Positions 9,201 to 19,903 of a DNA stretch of 64,000 bases are shown piece by piece. The position numbers and the translations under genes were made by a program. The stretch is from a virus. Taxonomy: Duplodnaviria; Caudoviricetes. Under the pieces are notes generated by a model. It worked only from the letters and a program-made list of their open reading frames with translations, was not told the DNA's origin and made no database searches. How positions within the stretch are numbered: the first letter of the stretch is position 1; every line of letters starts with the position of its first letter. The stretch is from positions 1 to 64,000 of IMG/VR virus record IMGVR_UViG_3300006153_000012. The stretch is one strand, 5' to 3'.

Positions 9201-10532
9201 TTAAACATATGTCACGGTGGATGTCCCACAATTTTCAAACATCCTATATGTCGAACATGATGGGTTGATAACCCATTTTGCATTTGTTACATAAATTGTT
9301 TTTAAGGTAGAGCATTCATAGAACATATAACTCATATTTGTTGCTTTACTGGTATCAAAAGAACTTAAGTCCAAATCGGTTAATGCGGTACATCTTTGGA
9401 ACATACTCTGCATATATGCTACATTACTGGTATCAAAAGAACTTAAGTCCAAATTAGTCAATGAGACACACACACCAAACATATTATTCATATCATTTAC
9501 ATTTGATGTATTAAACATGCTCAAATCTAAATGAGTTAATGCTTCACAATCAAAAAACATACGACTCATATTTGTCACATTATTGGTATCAAAACCATGT
9601 CCAAATTCTAAATCAGTTATGTTTTTACAACATTCAAACATCCTATACATATTTGTTGCTTTACTGGTATTAAAATTACTGATGTCTAAGCTTGTTGCTT
9701 TACAATTATAGAACATATCCATCATATTCACTACATTACTGGTATCAAAAGAACTTACATTGATTGTTTTACATAATGAACTTTCAAACATTCCTGTCAT
9801 GTTGTTTACTTTGCTGGTATTAAAACTGCTTAAATCCAAACTTGTCCCGCCATAACCGCAAAACATATGTTCCATATCTGTCACTTCATTGGTAATGAGA
9901 CTGTTGAAATCAAAATCTATTGTAAAGCTTTGAAACATATAACTCATATTTGTCACATTGCTGGTATCAAAATTGTGTCCAAGTTCTAATTTTTTTGCCT
10001 TGCATCCATCAAACATGTGGCTCATATCTGTCACATTTTTTGTATCCAAACCGTTAAGGTTTATATTGGGCACCCTACAATTATAGAACATGTATGCCAT
10101 ACTTGTTATATTAGAAGTATTTATATTGGGACTAAAAATGATTGAACTAGGATATGACACACCAGCAAACATCCATTGAGCATTTGAGTTTGAACTATTA
10201 TTCGCCAACCTTGTTTTATATTTTTTCCCATTTATTATGTAACTGCCATACACAATGGCATTTATGCCTCTCTGTGGGCTGCTATAGTAATTTAATGTAA
10301 TAATACCGTTTTCATCATCCAATGTATAATTCCAAGCAAGGTATCCGTTCTCTGGGGCAATCGCGTAAGGATCATCCGGAGCGTCATGGCGTTCCCACAG
10401 CTTCACAGGGCTTGAGCCTTTTATCCCCCAGACGGATTTCACCCTTTTCACGCTGTTCCCATCAAAAGAACATACGCAGTCTTTTATGTCTGTTTGATTG
10501 CTCGCGTCATTTATGTTGAAGTATATGCTCAT
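9201..10532 (-). CDS. BspA/DUF285-type leucine-rich repeat protein
   Basis: About 11 tandem ~25-aa repeats LDLSSFDTSNVTNMSYMF. Confidence 0.85.
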   Translation of the reverse strand: MSIYFNINDASNQTDIKDCVCSFDGNSVKRVKSVWGIKGSSPVKLWERHDAPDDPYAIAPENGYLAWNYTLDDENGIITLNYYSSPQRGINAIVYGSYIINGKKYKTRLANNSSNSNAQWMFAGVSYPSSIIFSPNINTSNITSMAYMFYNCRVPNINLNGLDTKNVTDMSHMFDGCKAKKLELGHNFDTSNVTNMSYMFQSFTIDFDFNSLITNEVTDMEHMFCGYGGTSLDLSSFNTSKVNNMTGMFESSLCKTINVSSFDTSNVVNMMDMFYNCKATSLDISNFNTSKATNMYRMFECCKNITDLEFGHGFDTNNVTNMSRMFFDCEALTHLDLSMFNTSNVNDMNNMFGVCVSLTNLDLSSFDTSNVAYMQSMFQRCTALTDLDLSSFDTSKATNMSYMFYECSTLKTIYVTNAKWVINPSCSTYRMFENCGTSTVTYV

Positions 10533-10544
10533 TTATCAGTCCCC

Positions 10545-11129
10545 CTATTCTTCATATACGAAACATATACTGTTTTCTGCTAACGATGTTGGCACTTCTG
10601 TAGAAAAAGTAAACTGTGGGACACCATCAAGCTTCAGTTTGTTTTCATCGGTAAAATCATTTGAGGAAAGCCCCTTCCCATCAACTTTATCAACTTTTTC
10701 TTCCAGAGATGCTTCTGTTATGAAACCCGTGTCGTTTTCCAATTGGCTTAGTTTGGTTGGTATGTCGCAAGTTTCTCCTCCTGTGTTAGCGGGGTTGTCA
10801 ATCCATCCAATAGAGCCATTCTTTTTTCCGATTACTTGTCCGTCTGTCCCTCCTGGTGGGAGATGTTTGTCTGTGTCTGAGATGTGTCCATACGATGTGT
10901 TTATTTTCTCTAGCGTACTGCCTGTAATGGAATTCAATGCATCGATGTTATTATGGGTATGTGTGCCGCCTGTTCCTTGCATCACATTGATTCTTTCGTC
11001 TATCTCATTTAATGCTTCTGTTAGGTTTTTGGGAATTGTATCGTCCACGTACACAACATCTGCGTGCGTATAAGGGTATAATTTTTCCCCTAAGTAATTC
11101 TTTATCCATGTGAAGATGAAGTTAGCCAT
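10545..11129 (-). CDS. Tail fibre-related protein
   Basis: PYTHADVV, GGTDGQV, IPTKLSQLEND and DKVDGKGLSSNDFT segments typical of phage fibre shafts. Confidence 0.65.
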   Translation of the reverse strand: MANFIFTWIKNYLGEKLYPYTHADVVYVDDTIPKNLTEALNEIDERINVMQGTGGTHTHNNIDALNSITGSTLEKINTSYGHISDTDKHLPPGGTDGQVIGKKNGSIGWIDNPANTGGETCDIPTKLSQLENDTGFITEASLEEKVDKVDGKGLSSNDFTDENKLKLDGVPQFTFSTEVPTSLAENSICFVYEE

Positions 11130-11130
11130 T

Positions 11131-11766
11131 TTATTCCTCCGTTGCAATTCTGCCAATTTCTAAGTATGCAATGTTATTCCGCAATGATTCTGTGTAATGT
11201 TTCAGTTCATTTACCTGTGTTCGCAATGATTCAATCTCTTCATCAGAATTTGTTATCTGTGCTATCTGCTGTATGATATCTGCGACCCTGCGGTCAGTTG
11301 CCTGTATGGAGAGCAGGAGAGAGCGGTACAATGAAATGTCGCTTTCATTTATTGTTATATTATCATCAAGTCCAGCTAGGACATTCAGTTCTGCTGGCAA
11401 TGTTGACCATGAATATTGCATTCCGCGCTCATCAATGTCTTTCTTAAACTCAACCACAAAATATACCTTCCCCGATTTTTTGGTAAGCTGATTTGATATG
11501 TACCAAGACAGCAGCAATGAATTCTCATCGACATCCATCTCCATTACCTTATAAACGCCACGTTCTTTCAGTGCATTGTTATATGATATGGTGCATGTCC
11601 TTGTGCTGAAGTCACACCCATCAAAATAGCGCGGAATTCTTATCTTTACTACTTCCGCATTGTTGTCTGACACAACGCCAATGTTATACAGTTCCTGCGG
11701 TATGTTTATTATCCTAGTGTCAGGATTAATGATTATCTCCGGTTCATAAATTCTTGAAGTGTTCAG
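11131..11766 (-). CDS. BppU-like baseplate upper protein (start uncertain; frame open to CTG at 11766)
   Basis: IPRYFDGCD...LSWYIS..LT.K.GKV.F.VEF pattern. Confidence 0.65.
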   Translation of the reverse strand: MNTSRIYEPEIIINPDTRIINIPQELYNIGVVSDNNAEVVKIRIPRYFDGCDFSTRTCTISYNNALKERGVYKVMEMDVDENSLLLSWYISNQLTKKSGKVYFVVEFKKDIDERGMQYSWSTLPAELNVLAGLDDNITINESDISLYRSLLLSIQATDRRVADIIQQIAQITNSDEEIESLRTQVNELKHYTESLRNNIAYLEIGRIATEE

Positions 11767-11794
11767 TCAAAATCACAGCCTTTCTTTTATATAT

Positions 11795-13459
11795 TTATAT
11801 ATTGTTGTACAGTGGATAAAATTTCATGAGGGACAGGGTGGAAGTCCCGGAACTGAAGTCGTGGGAGACTGATTTGATTATGTACTGCTCCGGTCTGTCG
11901 GAATTGGAATTCTGATAGAGCAGTTTGATGTTCACGTCATAAAATGGAATAAGATTTGTGGTCAGCGTTATGCTGTCTGTAAGCCTTGAGTTTTTCCAGT
12001 TCTCCCATTTGGCACGGGAGAGGGCAAGGGAGTCGGAAGTGATATGGTCATATTCCCCTCCTGTTTTGACATCCAATATTTCCCCAAGTTTCTGTACTGT
12101 GAATGGTGAGTCCGGGATGATTTCAAACTCTATGGACTCACAGTTGTATTTTGCCTGAAAATATTTTTTGGAATATTTCTTACACACCGTGCCGTCCGGA
12201 AGAGGGCAGTCATCCCCAGCAGTCCCATCAGTTAGGACATTCATCCCGTGTGCCTGCCAATGCCCTAGGAGGTAGGCATGGAATACAGTCTGCCCATCCA
12301 CCCTTTTGCTTTTTATCTTAAAAACAAAAACAGCATCTTTTTCCAAGACGCTGCCTGATATGGGAGAGTCCGTGTTTTCGTCCAAAATATCTATTGCCCC
12401 TAAGCCATTGACGTTCAGCTTTGGGTCTGCGGCATTTGGGCATGGGATCCTGACTGCTATGGTGTCTCCGCTGTAATATTTTTCGTCATATCCATTGACA
12501 GGGCAGTGGTAAATATTATCTTGGTACTCGCATTCTTCTGTGTAGAAATCAGCATCTATGACCTTCCCCCATACTTCACAGATATTCCTTACTTTTGTCA
12601 TATCTATATTTGTGCTTTCTGATATGTAAATACTCTGCATAAATTCGTTGCTGAAGATGATGTCATCCGAATAACAGCTTGGGGTCATCCGGCATATGAA
12701 CACATTATGTTCGTCAAAGAACATCTCGTAATTAGGGTATAGGTCACGGAGTTTCTCCAGTATGGACAGGACGGTGCATCCGCTGGGGAATTCCAGGTCA
12801 TATGGTATGGCGTTCCATAGGGGGTTTTGATTCCTGTACTCCTGCCAGTTGCCGTTGTTCTGCGGCAGTGCTTTATGCTCGCCCACATCGTCAACCATGT
12901 AATGGTTTATGCCGCCTAACTGTTTTAAAATCGTTATGATGGCTTCTCGTATAATGTTATGCTTAATGACTTCCCCTGTCTCTTCATTTTCCTCATATGC
13001 AGGTATTTTCGTTGTCAGTGCGCCGATCTGTCCGTTTTTTGTCCCGTCAAGTTTTGACATATAATCGCTGCATGTGATGGACACTTGGTTAGTGGCGGCA
13101 TCATAGGAGGCGGATGTGCTTGTGTATACATAATGCCCAAGGGGGTAGTATATGTATTCCTTGGTTCTTATGTCCATGATGCCAACAGATAATCTTATTT
13201 CCTTATTTAACCAGATAAGCCCGTCTTCTGCAATCCTTGCATCATTCCTGTCATATAAAGTAGGAATGACGGAAGCGGAAAATGTTCTGCGGACAGAAGA
13301 TGAACTGTCGATGGAAGCGGTTCCGCCAACGACAGTTCCTTTTAAAGTATCAAGTATTGTCTTTCCGTCATCTTTCAACACCTCAATTTGTAATAAAAAG
13401 TGCTGTGGCTTTTGGAGCATTAGTTTTAAATCTTTTGCTGTAATCATTTGTTCCACCAT
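11795..13459 (-). CDS. Tail tip / baseplate hub-like protein
   Basis: 554 aa; SIDSSSSVRRT, CSDYMSKLDGT; position downstream of TMP. Confidence 0.6.
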   Translation of the reverse strand: MVEQMITAKDLKLMLQKPQHFLLQIEVLKDDGKTILDTLKGTVVGGTASIDSSSSVRRTFSASVIPTLYDRNDARIAEDGLIWLNKEIRLSVGIMDIRTKEYIYYPLGHYVYTSTSASYDAATNQVSITCSDYMSKLDGTKNGQIGALTTKIPAYEENEETGEVIKHNIIREAIITILKQLGGINHYMVDDVGEHKALPQNNGNWQEYRNQNPLWNAIPYDLEFPSGCTVLSILEKLRDLYPNYEMFFDEHNVFICRMTPSCYSDDIIFSNEFMQSIYISESTNIDMTKVRNICEVWGKVIDADFYTEECEYQDNIYHCPVNGYDEKYYSGDTIAVRIPCPNAADPKLNVNGLGAIDILDENTDSPISGSVLEKDAVFVFKIKSKRVDGQTVFHAYLLGHWQAHGMNVLTDGTAGDDCPLPDGTVCKKYSKKYFQAKYNCESIEFEIIPDSPFTVQKLGEILDVKTGGEYDHITSDSLALSRAKWENWKNSRLTDSITLTTNLIPFYDVNIKLLYQNSNSDRPEQYIIKSVSHDFSSGTSTLSLMKFYPLYNNI

Positions 13460-14373
13460 TTTTCTTCAATATCAGACAGATTTGTATAATACAAATCCCT
13501 CTCAGAGTCATAGTCCCCAATTTCTGCCCATTCAAAAGAGATGTTTCTGTTCTTATATGTGGTGTCCGCAGTGTCTGTCGGGTCGCCCGTCACTGTCATG
13601 AGCCAAATCCTCCCATCGAAATGCTTTAGTATCTTAGGCATCCCATCGGCAAGGAAGTCCATGATTTTCCTCTGGTATGGTATCCGTAATGCATCTTCTA
13701 CTACTAAATCACAGTTTTCCTCGTCCAGTTCCACAAACATGCCCTTGCAGCTTCCCTTGTCATAATTGGAAACCGTGTTCCTGATATATGTCGGGTATCT
13801 GTTGTTGATTGTTTCATTGATAGAAGAGGGGATTCTTCTGGTAGTGTCACAGTATCCATCCGTGGCTGGTGTACCAAATATGCAGTTCTTTTCAACTATG
13901 AATATATCGTTAAATTCAGAATCAACAAATGTGGTATAATATGTTCCTTCTTCTAGCCCGTGGAATACTGGAACTACGGCATATTCGTATTCCACATGGC
14001 ATGCGTTTGTGTAGTCATTCCCCCTAAGTCCCTCCGTGAAGTCATCAAGTGTATGCACTTCCCTTACGGCAATTGTGTTCCACTTAAATCTTTCCGTGTT
14101 TCTACGTTTTATGAGAAGATGGGATACAGTCCTTAAGTTCCAGTCCACGTTGCCCGCATTTGTTGAGTTGCTGAAATCCGCGTGCAGTATTGTGTCAAAG
14201 TCCCATTCATCCGGGCAGTCCATGGAAGGCTCGGAAGAAGTCTCCCTTGTTATGTACAGGCAGTCATAAAGCCCGTTGGCAATCCGGACATATGTAATGT
14301 TGTTCACATGAGTGGGCGTGAGGGCGGCAGTGTTGCTGTCAGCCCCCAATATGGCCTTTGATAGAAAAAACAA
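13444..14373 (-). CDS. Tail/baseplate protein
   Basis: 309-aa coupled ORF in the tail module. Confidence 0.6.
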   Translation of the reverse strand: MFFLSKAILGADSNTAALTPTHVNNITYVRIANGLYDCLYITRETSSEPSMDCPDEWDFDTILHADFSNSTNAGNVDWNLRTVSHLLIKRRNTERFKWNTIAVREVHTLDDFTEGLRGNDYTNACHVEYEYAVVPVFHGLEEGTYYTTFVDSEFNDIFIVEKNCIFGTPATDGYCDTTRRIPSSINETINNRYPTYIRNTVSNYDKGSCKGMFVELDEENCDLVVEDALRIPYQRKIMDFLADGMPKILKHFDGRIWLMTVTGDPTDTADTTYKNRNISFEWAEIGDYDSERDLYYTNLSDIEEKWWNK

Positions 14374-14386
14374 TTATCTCACCTCC

Positions 14387-15598
14387 TTAATTCCATACAT
14401 CATTTACATCTGCATTAGCTGGCTCACTGTCAGAATAATGAGTTTTCATGTCATCCTTGCTGACGACATAAGTGAACGGGTTCGGTGCATCCACCCATAC
14501 GTCATATGTGCTTGGGTTTGGAGGCATCTGCTGACCATACCAGATATTGTCTGTATCTATGTAATCTGGATCTACAATCACTTCTAATTGGTAAATATCT
14601 TTTACCTTCCGTATCCATATACAAACCATATCAGTAGAGTTAAATGCAATTGCATTAGAATATAAGATATAATGTCCAAGCCCATTCGGCACATCCAATT
14701 TAAAGCGGGTCGTTCCATCTTCATATAGGTATGAGGTTACGATAATTGAATGCCTTGTGTTCCTTAGTTCCAGTATGGTAGCTGTCTGGTTCAGATACAT
14801 GCCACGTAACTTCAATGTGAAGTCTCCGTCTATTACAAATCCAGTGTCATAATATATTCCTTCATTGTCACCCCGTAAATCTATCATCCCATTCTCAAAA
14901 CTAAATGATTTGTCACCATTATATTGTATTACCACTATATTGGTATGGTATTTGATATATCCATGTAAAGGGTCATTCTCTGCATAGATGATGCTGTATT
15001 TTCCGGGTCGCCTGTAATCCGTATATATCTGGATGTATCCTGTGTCAATCTCCATGCCGCTCACGGTCATCCCATGACAGCGGAAATAGTATAGGGTATG
15101 GTTGTCAAGTCCCTTGTATTGGTATCTTATTTTTGTGCTGTCATACATGGTTTCGCTTTCGGACAGAAGTGTCCTTGTCCCGTCATAAAGAAAAAACTTG
15201 AAGGACTGAATGTCCTCATAGTTCTCCTGCAGATAATATATCTGGGCATCATAAGATGCAGAGTATATTGTCTGCCCGTCTGCCAGTCCATAAAAATAGA
15301 AGAGTGGTGTCTTCAGGGTCTGGAAATATGTTTTATCAGACAATTCACTTGCTGCATCATTTATGTCAAAGGTCTGGAACTGTGCCAGCCATTTCTTTCC
15401 GTTTGCAAGAGTCCCGGCAGGGATGATATGGGTATGGGGGAATGTGCTTATTTTCCTGTCATATACAATGTCCATGGTGTCTGCATGATATATGATGAAA
15501 CGGTTTGCGTATGACTGGCTGCCATTCCAGGAGAAGCTGACGGTTTTTTCCGTTGCGGCATCAAAAGGAGTTATTTTATTTACGATTGGTTTCGCCAT
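14387..15598 (-). CDS. Tail protein with Fn3/Ig-like beta domains
   Basis: 403 aa, beta-rich, SD GGAGGTG. Confidence 0.55.
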   Translation of the reverse strand: MAKPIVNKITPFDAATEKTVSFSWNGSQSYANRFIIYHADTMDIVYDRKISTFPHTHIIPAGTLANGKKWLAQFQTFDINDAASELSDKTYFQTLKTPLFYFYGLADGQTIYSASYDAQIYYLQENYEDIQSFKFFLYDGTRTLLSESETMYDSTKIRYQYKGLDNHTLYYFRCHGMTVSGMEIDTGYIQIYTDYRRPGKYSIIYAENDPLHGYIKYHTNIVVIQYNGDKSFSFENGMIDLRGDNEGIYYDTGFVIDGDFTLKLRGMYLNQTATILELRNTRHSIIVTSYLYEDGTTRFKLDVPNGLGHYILYSNAIAFNSTDMVCIWIRKVKDIYQLEVIVDPDYIDTDNIWYGQQMPPNPSTYDVWVDAPNPFTYVVSKDDMKTHYSDSEPANADVNDVWN

Positions 15599-15631
15599 TT
15601 CTGTTCACACCTCCTTTATTTTATTTAATCT

Positions 15632-15916
15632 TTACCTCTGCTTAACTCCGCAGATGTGTATGTCCTCCAGTCTCCCGGACGGAACCTTCACCCAAACGTA
15701 CTGCCCGACTCTTAGTGTAGTATTTGGTATTGCACATCTGACATTCCTGCTTACACCGCCGTCATCCATGATGGCATAGGTGGAATCCCTGTTTATGCTT
15801 TTCACTGCCGATGAGAATGTCCTGTCATATTTATGCTCATGGGATTTGATTAATCCGACAAATTCCTTGACCAATATATCCAGTGCCCGTATATGCTTGT
15901 TTGAGACTTGTTCCAT
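15632..15916 (-). CDS. Small tail-module protein
   Basis: 94 aa, SD AAGG. Confidence 0.55.
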   Translation of the reverse strand: MEQVSNKHIRALDILVKEFVGLIKSHEHKYDRTFSSAVKSINRDSTYAIMDDGGVSRNVRCAIPNTTLRVGQYVWVKVPSGRLEDIHICGVKQR

Positions 15917-15949
15917 ATGGTTGTATCCTTTCCTTTTCGTGTATTATAA

Positions 15950-15978
15950 AAAGGACAGCTTATTTTAGCTGTCCTTTT
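15950..15978. terminator. Intrinsic terminator
   Basis: AAAAGGACAGCTA...TAGCTGTCCTTTT. Confidence 0.7.
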
Positions 15979-16014
15979 ATAGATTTATATGGATTAAAAA
16001 ATAGTCACAGGCAA

Positions 16015-16260
16015 TTATTTTACAAAATTATTTTTCAGTATGCATTGGCCTCCCGAAAAACTAACTTCGTCCCATCCCGCTTGTTCGGCTTTATCTTTAA
16101 ACCATTCTTGCACTTTTTGTGTTACTTTTTGCATGTCTTCTTCGTCATTATGTTCCTGATTGTAAATTCCTAATACTTTCTTGCTGCCCACAATGATATT
16201 AGGGTCATTTTTGGATCTGTCATCTGGATCAGGAAAAACATATTTTCTTGGCATTTTCAT
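16015..16260 (-). CDS. Hypothetical moron-like protein
   Basis: 81 aa, SD AAAGGGG, flanked by hairpins on both sides. Confidence 0.6.
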   Translation of the reverse strand: MKMPRKYVFPDPDDRSKNDPNIIVGSKKVLGIYNQEHNDEEDMQKVTQKVQEWFKDKAEQAGWDEVSFSGGQCILKNNFVK

Positions 16261-16378
16261 ATATCCCCTTTCTATTTTTCCATTATTATATTTTGTAAAT
16301 AGAAAAATTTTAACAGTAATTGATAAATTTTAGCAATAATGATTCGTCCACACCCATGTTTCAGGGTGTGGGATGTCC

Positions 16379-18757
16379 TTAATATTTTTTCATTTCCTGT
16401 AAAATCCTGTTATGTGCACGCATGCTTACTATATCCGAGAAATCTTCTGGGTTCTGTACGCCATGTACATGGATTCCGCCGACATCGACATTCATGTTTC
16501 GGTTCATGGTGCTGTTATTGTTGATTACCTCGACAGCCTTCTCCATGGCTTCTGCCGCATTATTCATGGCATATGCTGGCCTCATAAATGCGTCCCTGTT
16601 CGCACTGAAATATTCCTCGAATTTCTTTATCATTTGATATTCCCTGTCATCTGGTGTGAGTGGGTACAACGTTCTTCCATCCTTAGTGATGATGGTTCCA
16701 TCCACCAGTTTGACATTTCCATTCTCATAAGTCTTGAGCACTTCACCCTTATTTTCCATGATCTGTTCGGTCTGCTCTTCATTGAAAATAACGGTGCCTT
16801 TTGGAAGATCCCCCATGGTTGGCTCAGTGGTAAGTTCCGCCCTGCCGTCAGGGTACACGGTAAGTTCCGGCTGCCCGTACTCAGAACGCAGGGCATTCCT
16901 CTCGTCATTTGGAAGTCCTTTATACCCTCCCGTCCCTCTTGCGAACGCCTTTCCGACCGTGCCATCTGCATGCGCCGGGACTGTGCTGCCGGACACGGCG
17001 ACACTGACGGACGGCATCCCGGATGACTCCAGCGTCTCTGAGAGGGCACGCAGGGAGTTTGCCGCGGCCGCACACTGATCCTGTATGGAGTCCGCCATCT
17101 TCCTGACCATCTCGACAATCTTCTCACATATGGACTGGATGGATCTGTCGCCGTCAGTCGCGAAGTCACTGAAGGCTTTCAGCCACGGGTCTTCCAGCTT
17201 GGATGCCACCTCATCCCCGCCTGTCTGCATGATGTCTATGATGCTCCCGCCGTTGCCGCCCGGCTCGGAGCCGCCGCTGTTCCTGATGGGCTTGCTGCTC
17301 CCGGCTTTCTTCCCGGGGTCACTGCCGTCACCGCCGCCCACACCGATGATCTCCGCAATGCGCGCCTGCATTTCCTCCCATGCGGGAAGGTACTCCTCCG
17401 TTATCTTCCTGATCTGGTCATCGAAGGACGTGTTGCCGATGTCCAGTGCCTGGCTCAGGCTGTCCATCTGCCCCTGTATCGTTGTGACCGCATCGGATAT
17501 GGCTGACGCAAGGCCAATGAACCCTGTCCCTGCCGGTGCCGCGTCACCATCTGTCATGGCGTTCCCATCCCCCATGGACGCGGCAGTGCCTATGACGGCG
17601 GAGAAGTCTATCTGTCTGAATTCAGCACATTTCAGCGCAATGTCGCCGAAGGCGGATGCAGTGTCCCTCAGCTTCTGCACATACCCCTCATCCCCGATTT
17701 CCGGGAACTTTATGCTGCCAAGCTGGGTGACAACCTCATCAACCAGCTTCTTCAGCTTCTCCAGTTCCGTGCCCAGCGGCGCGATGCTCTCGGACATGCC
17801 AGACACGCCCTCCTGTATACCGCCCACTGCGGCGGATGCCTCCCCTGCGCTTGTGGCAAGTCCTGCCGCAGAGTCCTTCACGTCACTGACGCTGTTGCTA
17901 AGACCGTCCAGTGTGACTGCCCCAAGGTTCTCAAACGCACCCTTGGTTGACTCAAGGTAGCTGATGGAGTCCGCGCTGACCCCGGAAAGCCTTGACAGCT
18001 GCTCCAGGATGCCGTCATTGCCACGGCTCATGTCCGCAAGGATGCCCACATAGGCGGCCTTCAGCTTCTCAAATTCCTCCTGTGAGCCGCTTAAAAGCGC
18101 GTCCATGTTGATGCCGAGTTCAGAAAGTGCCGCTTCCATCTGTGCATTCTCAAGCAGGTCTGTCAGTTCCTCGAACTGTGACTTGTAGTCCTCCATGCCC
18201 TTTATCATGGCATCGTAGCGTTGCTCCTCTTTGGCGATGATGTCGTCATAATGTTTATTGACTTTCTCGGCTTCCTTATCCAGTAAGTCAATTTTGTCCT
18301 GACGCAGTTCCTTCTCCAGTTCCAGATAGTCTATTTCCTTCTCAATTTTGGAAATGTCAATTTCGAGTTTTATATCCTCCACTTCCTGCTTCGCGTCACG
18401 GATGCCTGACGTGTCAGCCTGGTATGACATCTGGCCGTCCTTGTAGACGAGATCCGTCCTCTGGTTCTGCATACGCTGCAGGTCGTATTCCGCTTTCTGC
18501 AGGTCAAGGGAACGTTTCCGTTCTTCGTTTGCGTCCTGCATCGCCTTGATCTCTTTTTCCTTGGCCTCTATCTGTTCCTCGATGCCCTCAATCTCGGTTT
18601 CATACTGCTCCTTCTTGGCTTCTATTTCCTCAAGCCTTGCGTCACGTTCCGCTTCAATGGCAGATATCGCGGCATCCTTTTCATCATTGATTGCGTCTAT
18701 GCGCTTGTCAATCTGCCTCGTGATGTAGCTGAAGGCGGACTCATAGAGGGATTTCAT
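16379..18757 (-). CDS. Tape measure protein, exon 3 (792 aa)
   Basis: Coiled-coil and Gly/Ala-rich TMP C-terminus; starts ATGAAATCC directly after the intron terminal G. Confidence 0.85.
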   Translation of the reverse strand: MKSLYESAFSYITRQIDKRIDAINDEKDAAISAIEAERDARLEEIEAKKEQYETEIEGIEEQIEAKEKEIKAMQDANEERKRSLDLQKAEYDLQRMQNQRTDLVYKDGQMSYQADTSGIRDAKQEVEDIKLEIDISKIEKEIDYLELEKELRQDKIDLLDKEAEKVNKHYDDIIAKEEQRYDAMIKGMEDYKSQFEELTDLLENAQMEAALSELGINMDALLSGSQEEFEKLKAAYVGILADMSRGNDGILEQLSRLSGVSADSISYLESTKGAFENLGAVTLDGLSNSVSDVKDSAAGLATSAGEASAAVGGIQEGVSGMSESIAPLGTELEKLKKLVDEVVTQLGSIKFPEIGDEGYVQKLRDTASAFGDIALKCAEFRQIDFSAVIGTAASMGDGNAMTDGDAAPAGTGFIGLASAISDAVTTIQGQMDSLSQALDIGNTSFDDQIRKITEEYLPAWEEMQARIAEIIGVGGGDGSDPGKKAGSSKPIRNSGGSEPGGNGGSIIDIMQTGGDEVASKLEDPWLKAFSDFATDGDRSIQSICEKIVEMVRKMADSIQDQCAAAANSLRALSETLESSGMPSVSVAVSGSTVPAHADGTVGKAFARGTGGYKGLPNDERNALRSEYGQPELTVYPDGRAELTTEPTMGDLPKGTVIFNEEQTEQIMENKGEVLKTYENGNVKLVDGTIITKDGRTLYPLTPDDREYQMIKKFEEYFSANRDAFMRPAYAMNNAAEAMEKAVEVINNNSTMNRNMNVDVGGIHVHGVQNPEDFSDIVSMRAHNRILQEMKKY

Positions 18758-18999
18758 CAAATCTGTTACTTTCACCATGACTGGCTACTGACTATGTGCA
18801 TACATAGCGGATAGTCATTTCTGGCTATCTTTCACATTTCATTTATTTGGGATTATTGTGTGAGTTCGGACTGGATCTTCACCCTCCCTGATAGGGTAGG
18901 GGAGTAACGGAACCTTATATGCTTTGTATCACAATATAAGGTATTACAGTCTCTACGGATTCTGGTTTTAGATAATACTAATTTAAAAATAAATATACC

Positions 19000-19161
19000 C
19001 AAAAAACACCTACCGAAGTAGATGTTTTTGGAACCATAACCTTGTTATGGTTTTCTACATTTGATTTGCCATTAATCTATGCCTCGCATAGACATGCTTT
19101 TGGTAAACTCTTTCGTTCACCTTAGTAATATTATACTACTACATCTCTGATAATATGTCAA
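19000..19161 (-). ncRNA. Putative small RNA downstream of the PemK-like gene
   Basis: TTGACA-N17-TAGTAT promoter, two hairpins, then a UUCG-loop hairpin with U-run. Confidence 0.45.
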
Positions 19162-19162
19162 T

Positions 19163-19903
19163 TCAAAATTTAAAACTCAGATTTTTATTTATAGCCTTTA
19201 TTATGTTATCAAAACATTTATCAGTAGCAATGCCCAAACATTTGCTGTCGATTCGCTTCCTGTCTATCGCCCGTATATGCATTACATTTACGAATCCATA
19301 TATCCCGTTGCTGTTTCCCTCTAACCTTAAAGGAATTTCATAAAAATCTAAATATTTATTCTTTATCGCGCCATCTTTTACTATCTCAATATAGTATTTT
19401 CGTTTTACATCATCCCATTTGACTTTTTTTTGGTGTGTTGTCACTGGGGCAATAATTGTGATATTGCCTTTAATGTTCCCTGTATTGTTTTGTAATATGA
19501 TTACTGGCCTACGTCCATTTTGCTCACTGCCAATATTGTCTCCTAAATGGGCATAAAAAATTTCTTTTTGAGCGACCGTATATTTTCTTGTGCTTAAGTT
19601 TATATTTCTTGTTCTATTTACCCAAGCCAAATAATCTATATTCTTCTGCATTTTTTCTAAATAGATTGCCTTATTAGTTGTTTTTACAAACATTTCTCTT
19701 GATAATTTTCTGAATTCCTTTATTAATCTATTCTCAAGATTTTTACACTCCCGGTCATCTTTCATAATAAAAAGAATTCTATTTATTATGTCTGATAATG
19801 TTGACTCGACCATTTCCTTTTCAGCAGAATTGTTCCTGTCAATAGAATTTGTAAATTTACGTAATATGCGGATTAAATCATCATATAATTTTTCAATATC
19901 CAT
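19163..19903 (-). CDS. PemK/MazF-family toxin with N-terminal helical extension
   Basis: IFYAHLGDNIGSEQNGRRPVIILQN...IAPVT; likely start MDIEK. Confidence 0.85.
   Translation of the reverse strand: MDIEKLYDDLIRILRKFTNSIDRNNSAEKEMVESTLSDIINRILFIMKDDRECKNLENRLIKEFRKLSREMFVKTTNKAIYLEKMQKNIDYLAWVNRTRNINLSTRKYTVAQKEIFYAHLGDNIGSEQNGRRPVIILQNNTGNIKGNITIIAPVTTHQKKVKWDDVKRKYYIEIVKDGAIKNKYLDFYEIPLRLEGNSNGIYGFVNVMHIRAIDRKRIDSKCLGIATDKCFDNIIKAINKNLSFKF

Noticed and set aside
7568-10532. Diversity-generating retroelement acting on fibre genes
   Set aside because: No reverse transcriptase and no adenine-mismatched TR/VR pair seen in this window; one could lie outside it.
16412-18728. Long overlapping ORFs (16412, 16630, 16734, 17085 and similar ones at 8181, 10498, 13152, 15098, 20563)
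   Set aside because: Antisense or alternate-frame shadows of GC-rich real genes, with no SD or recognisable motifs.
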